29,464 bases of DNA from Bacteroidaceae bacterium (GTDB taxonomy: Bacteria; Bacteroidota; Bacteroidia; Bacteroidales; Bacteroidaceae), in the NCBI GenBank assembly GCA_017548225.1, contig JAFYMV010000074.1, forward strand, positions 1 through 29,464, given 5' to 3'. Positions 27,248-29,464 of this stretch are shown piece after piece. Numbering within the stretch: the stretch's first letter is position 1; every line of letters begins with the position of its first letter. The notes under the pieces were generated by a model. The model worked only from the letters and a program-made list of their open reading frames with translations. It was not told the DNA's origin and did not search any database. Made by a program: the position numbers and the translations under genes.

Positions 27248-27283
27248 CAATAAAGTCCACATTATAATGTGGACTTTATTGTT
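27246..27283. terminator. Perfect 38-bp palindrome, probable bidirectional terminator
   Basis: AACAATAAAGTCCACATTA|TAATGTGGACTTTATTGTT lies between the converging GT2 and yfhO stops. Confidence 0.85.
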
Positions 27284-27300
27284 TGTGATGAGGTTTAGTG

Positions 27301-29463
27301 TTATTGTTGTTTCTTTCGTATGACACGGAATAGGGAGATTCCTATCACGAGCAAGATGCTACTATACATTACAATAATGCATGTCATAGCAATAGCATCT
27401 CCCTTCTTTACGCTGTCTGGATCGAATTCAAAGTGTATTGTGTGTTTACCTGCAGGAACATTGATGGCTCGGAGCATGTAGTTGACACGAAATATATCCA
27501 CAGGCTTGCCATTAACGGTAGCCTTCCATCCATACGGGTAGTAAATTTCTGAAAATACGATGGTGCCTGGCTTGCTGATTGCATACTCATAGTCAATGTA
27601 GCGTGGTGTATACTTCGTGAGGTGCACCGTAGCTGCGGGGTCATGCTCTGGAGTGAAATCTTCCACATAGCTAGCAAACTCTTTGTCGAGTACAGCGGTC
27701 GTATTTAGGTCAATATAGTTAAGCGCATCACTTTCCTCATTAGCATTGTCTACGACCAATAGCGTGTCAACAAACCATGCATTGCCCATGGCATAGGGGT
27801 TGCGCTGTACTTGAGGCTGTCCACTCTTCTTGTCGGGAACGATGAAATATTTGGCGTTCAGCATGCTTATAACATTCATGTTCATCTTCGACAAATGTTG
27901 GTCTATTAGGTCTTGGTAGCGGCGCAATTTGGCTGCATGATATCCACCTATAGATTTCAAGTAGTATGAGGTACGAGCATCGTTGAAGGTGCTTGTTGTA
28001 AGATTCATAACACGGAAGTGCGGATCTTGGTCTTGTAGAATCAGTTTCTCATGAGGCTGCATTTGGAAGACGGCTTCATTATTTCTCTTCGAAACGAATG
28101 AATCATCATTGAAGTAGCGTTTATTGATGGGCCATAGATCGGTAATAACCAGTATTCCCAATATGGCTACCATGTATCCCCATTTGAGCCAATTCTTGGC
28201 AAATGCCCATAGTGTTGCAGCGGCCAATACGATGAATAGGAATGAACGCCAAGCATCGCTTTTCATCAATGCTTTGCGTTCTTCCAGTATGTATTGGTAG
28301 AAGAATTCTTTGGCAAAGGAAGTATCTCCAGGAGCCTTAAAGTCGTATAGTGCTCCACCGAAGAGTGCAAAGAAAAGGCATATCCCTGCAGTTATTCCGC
28401 CTGCGATACAGATTTTTTTTAGTGCTTCGTTACGCGAGATGCTGCCATCCATGAGTGCCTTGACTGCAAGGAAACCCAATAGGGGCATGGCAATTTCTGC
28501 TACGATAAGTATAGATGATACTGCGCGGAATTTGCTGTACATGGGGAAATACTTGAAGAAGAATTCAGTGAGTGGCATAAAGTTGTGTCCCCAGGCCAAA
28601 AATATCGAGAAAAGCGTAGCTGCCAATATAGCCCATTTATAAGGTCCTTTCACAATGAGAAGGCCCAGAACAAAAAGGAAGCACACTACGGCGCCCATAT
28701 ATACATTGCCAGCGGTGAAAGGTTGGTCGCCCCAGTAGAGCGGTACATTGGCGCAGAACTGTGCCGCTGAGTTGCGTGGAACCCCTTGCTTTACGAGGGA
28801 TTGATACAATTGAGAGTTCTTTCCTACATCATACGATGAGGCTCCACCCTTTATGCCAGGTATCAAGAATGACAAAGATTCATCAATACCGTAGCTCCAT
28901 TGTGTGGCATAGTCAAGGTCAAGTCCTTTGGTCTTGTTCTCTGCATCCTCGGGCTTTACCAAGTCTGAATGACCGCCACGCATGGTTTGCTCTGCATATT
29001 CTATATTGACAAAAGTGTTGGCTGATCCTGTACCCAAACCTACGAACATTGATCCAAAGAATAACAATGTACCTATGGCTAAATCTTTGTATCGTTTTTC
29101 TTTGATGTGAATATATAGCTCGGCAATGTAAAACACTCCTATCATCATGAATAGATAGTACGACATCTGTGGATGCACACCATAGCCGATGGCTGTGCAT
29201 AGCATGGTGAGTACTATTCCCCATCCATATCTCTTCCGGAAGATGAGGTATACGCCACCCATGACCACAGAAATCAAGGCTATGGATGTTGGTTTGGTAT
29301 TGTGTCCTGCAGCTATGATGATTAAGAAATAGGTAGATAGTCCTGTGGCAAGGGAGCCTACTATGCTTAACCATTTGTTAATGCCGAAGGCGCGCATCAA
29401 TACGAAGAAACATGCGAAGTAGATGACAAGTGCCCAAGGAGCACTTGACTGTCCTTTATATGT
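27301..29463 (-). CDS. YfhO-family polytopic membrane protein (GT-C-like), 5' end outside the window
   Basis: The frame stays open to the right edge (…TYKGQSSAPWALVIYFACFFV-LMRAF…). It has many TM segments and the motifs YWGDQPFTAGNVYMG, KFRAVSS, SIGGYHAAKLRRYQDLI, FSEIYYPYGWKATVNG and NYMLRAINVPAGKHTIHFEF. Confidence 0.85.
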   Translation of the reverse strand, partial: TYKGQSSAPWALVIYFACFFVLMRAFGINKWLSIVGSLATGLSTYFLIIIAAGHNTKPTSIALISVVMGGVYLIFRKRYGWGIVLTMLCTAIGYGVHPQMSYYLFMMIGVFYIAELYIHIKEKRYKDLAIGTLLFFGSMFVGLGTGSANTFVNIEYAEQTMRGGHSDLVKPEDAENKTKGLDLDYATQWSYGIDESLSFLIPGIKGGASSYDVGKNSQLYQSLVKQGVPRNSAAQFCANVPLYWGDQPFTAGNVYMGAVVCFLFVLGLLIVKGPYKWAILAATLFSIFLAWGHNFMPLTEFFFKYFPMYSKFRAVSSILIVAEIAMPLLGFLAVKALMDGSISRNEALKKICIAGGITAGICLFFALFGGALYDFKAPGDTSFAKEFFYQYILEERKALMKSDAWRSFLFIVLAAATLWAFAKNWLKWGYMVAILGILVITDLWPINKRYFNDDSFVSKRNNEAVFQMQPHEKLILQDQDPHFRVMNLTTSTFNDARTSYYLKSIGGYHAAKLRRYQDLIDQHLSKMNMNVISMLNAKYFIVPDKKSGQPQVQRNPYAMGNAWFVDTLLVVDNANEESDALNYIDLNTTAVLDKEFASYVEDFTPEHDPAATVHLTKYTPRYIDYEYAISKPGTIVFSEIYYPYGWKATVNGKPVDIFRVNYMLRAINVPAGKHTIHFEFDPDSVKKGDAIAMTCIIVMYSSILLVIGISLFRVIRKKQQ

Positions 29464-29464
29464 C

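Overview
Chromosomal window from a Bacteroidales bacterium (Prevotellaceae/Bacteroidaceae-like, judged from TTTG-N19/20-TAnnTTTG promoters and gene content). From left to right it holds: the 3' end of an EnvC-like M23 gene and cysE; a tandem pair of GH95 alpha-L-fucosidase-like genes (one minimal, one with two extra N-terminal modules and a T9SS-like C-terminal tail); an envelope-biogenesis block (PpiC-type PPIase, lipoprotein, SurA, OstA/LptA-like protein, small tail-anchored protein) followed by mutL; two OmpA paralogs; two identical tRNA-Val(TAC); a DUF6078-like gene; a 70-bp three-unit REP-like palindrome; metG; a lower-GC five-gene glycan locus (GT2-GT4 fusion, FrhB-like Fe-S protein, pyruvyl transferase, two GT2); and a convergent, partial YfhO-family membrane protein. 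No CRISPR array, integrase or transposase is visible. The most interesting leads are the metG-linked glycan locus with its FrhB/pyruvyl-transferase pair and YfhO, the asymmetric GH95 duplication, and a family of AGTCCA/TGGACT hairpins. All family assignments come from motif recognition by eye; no database searches were run.
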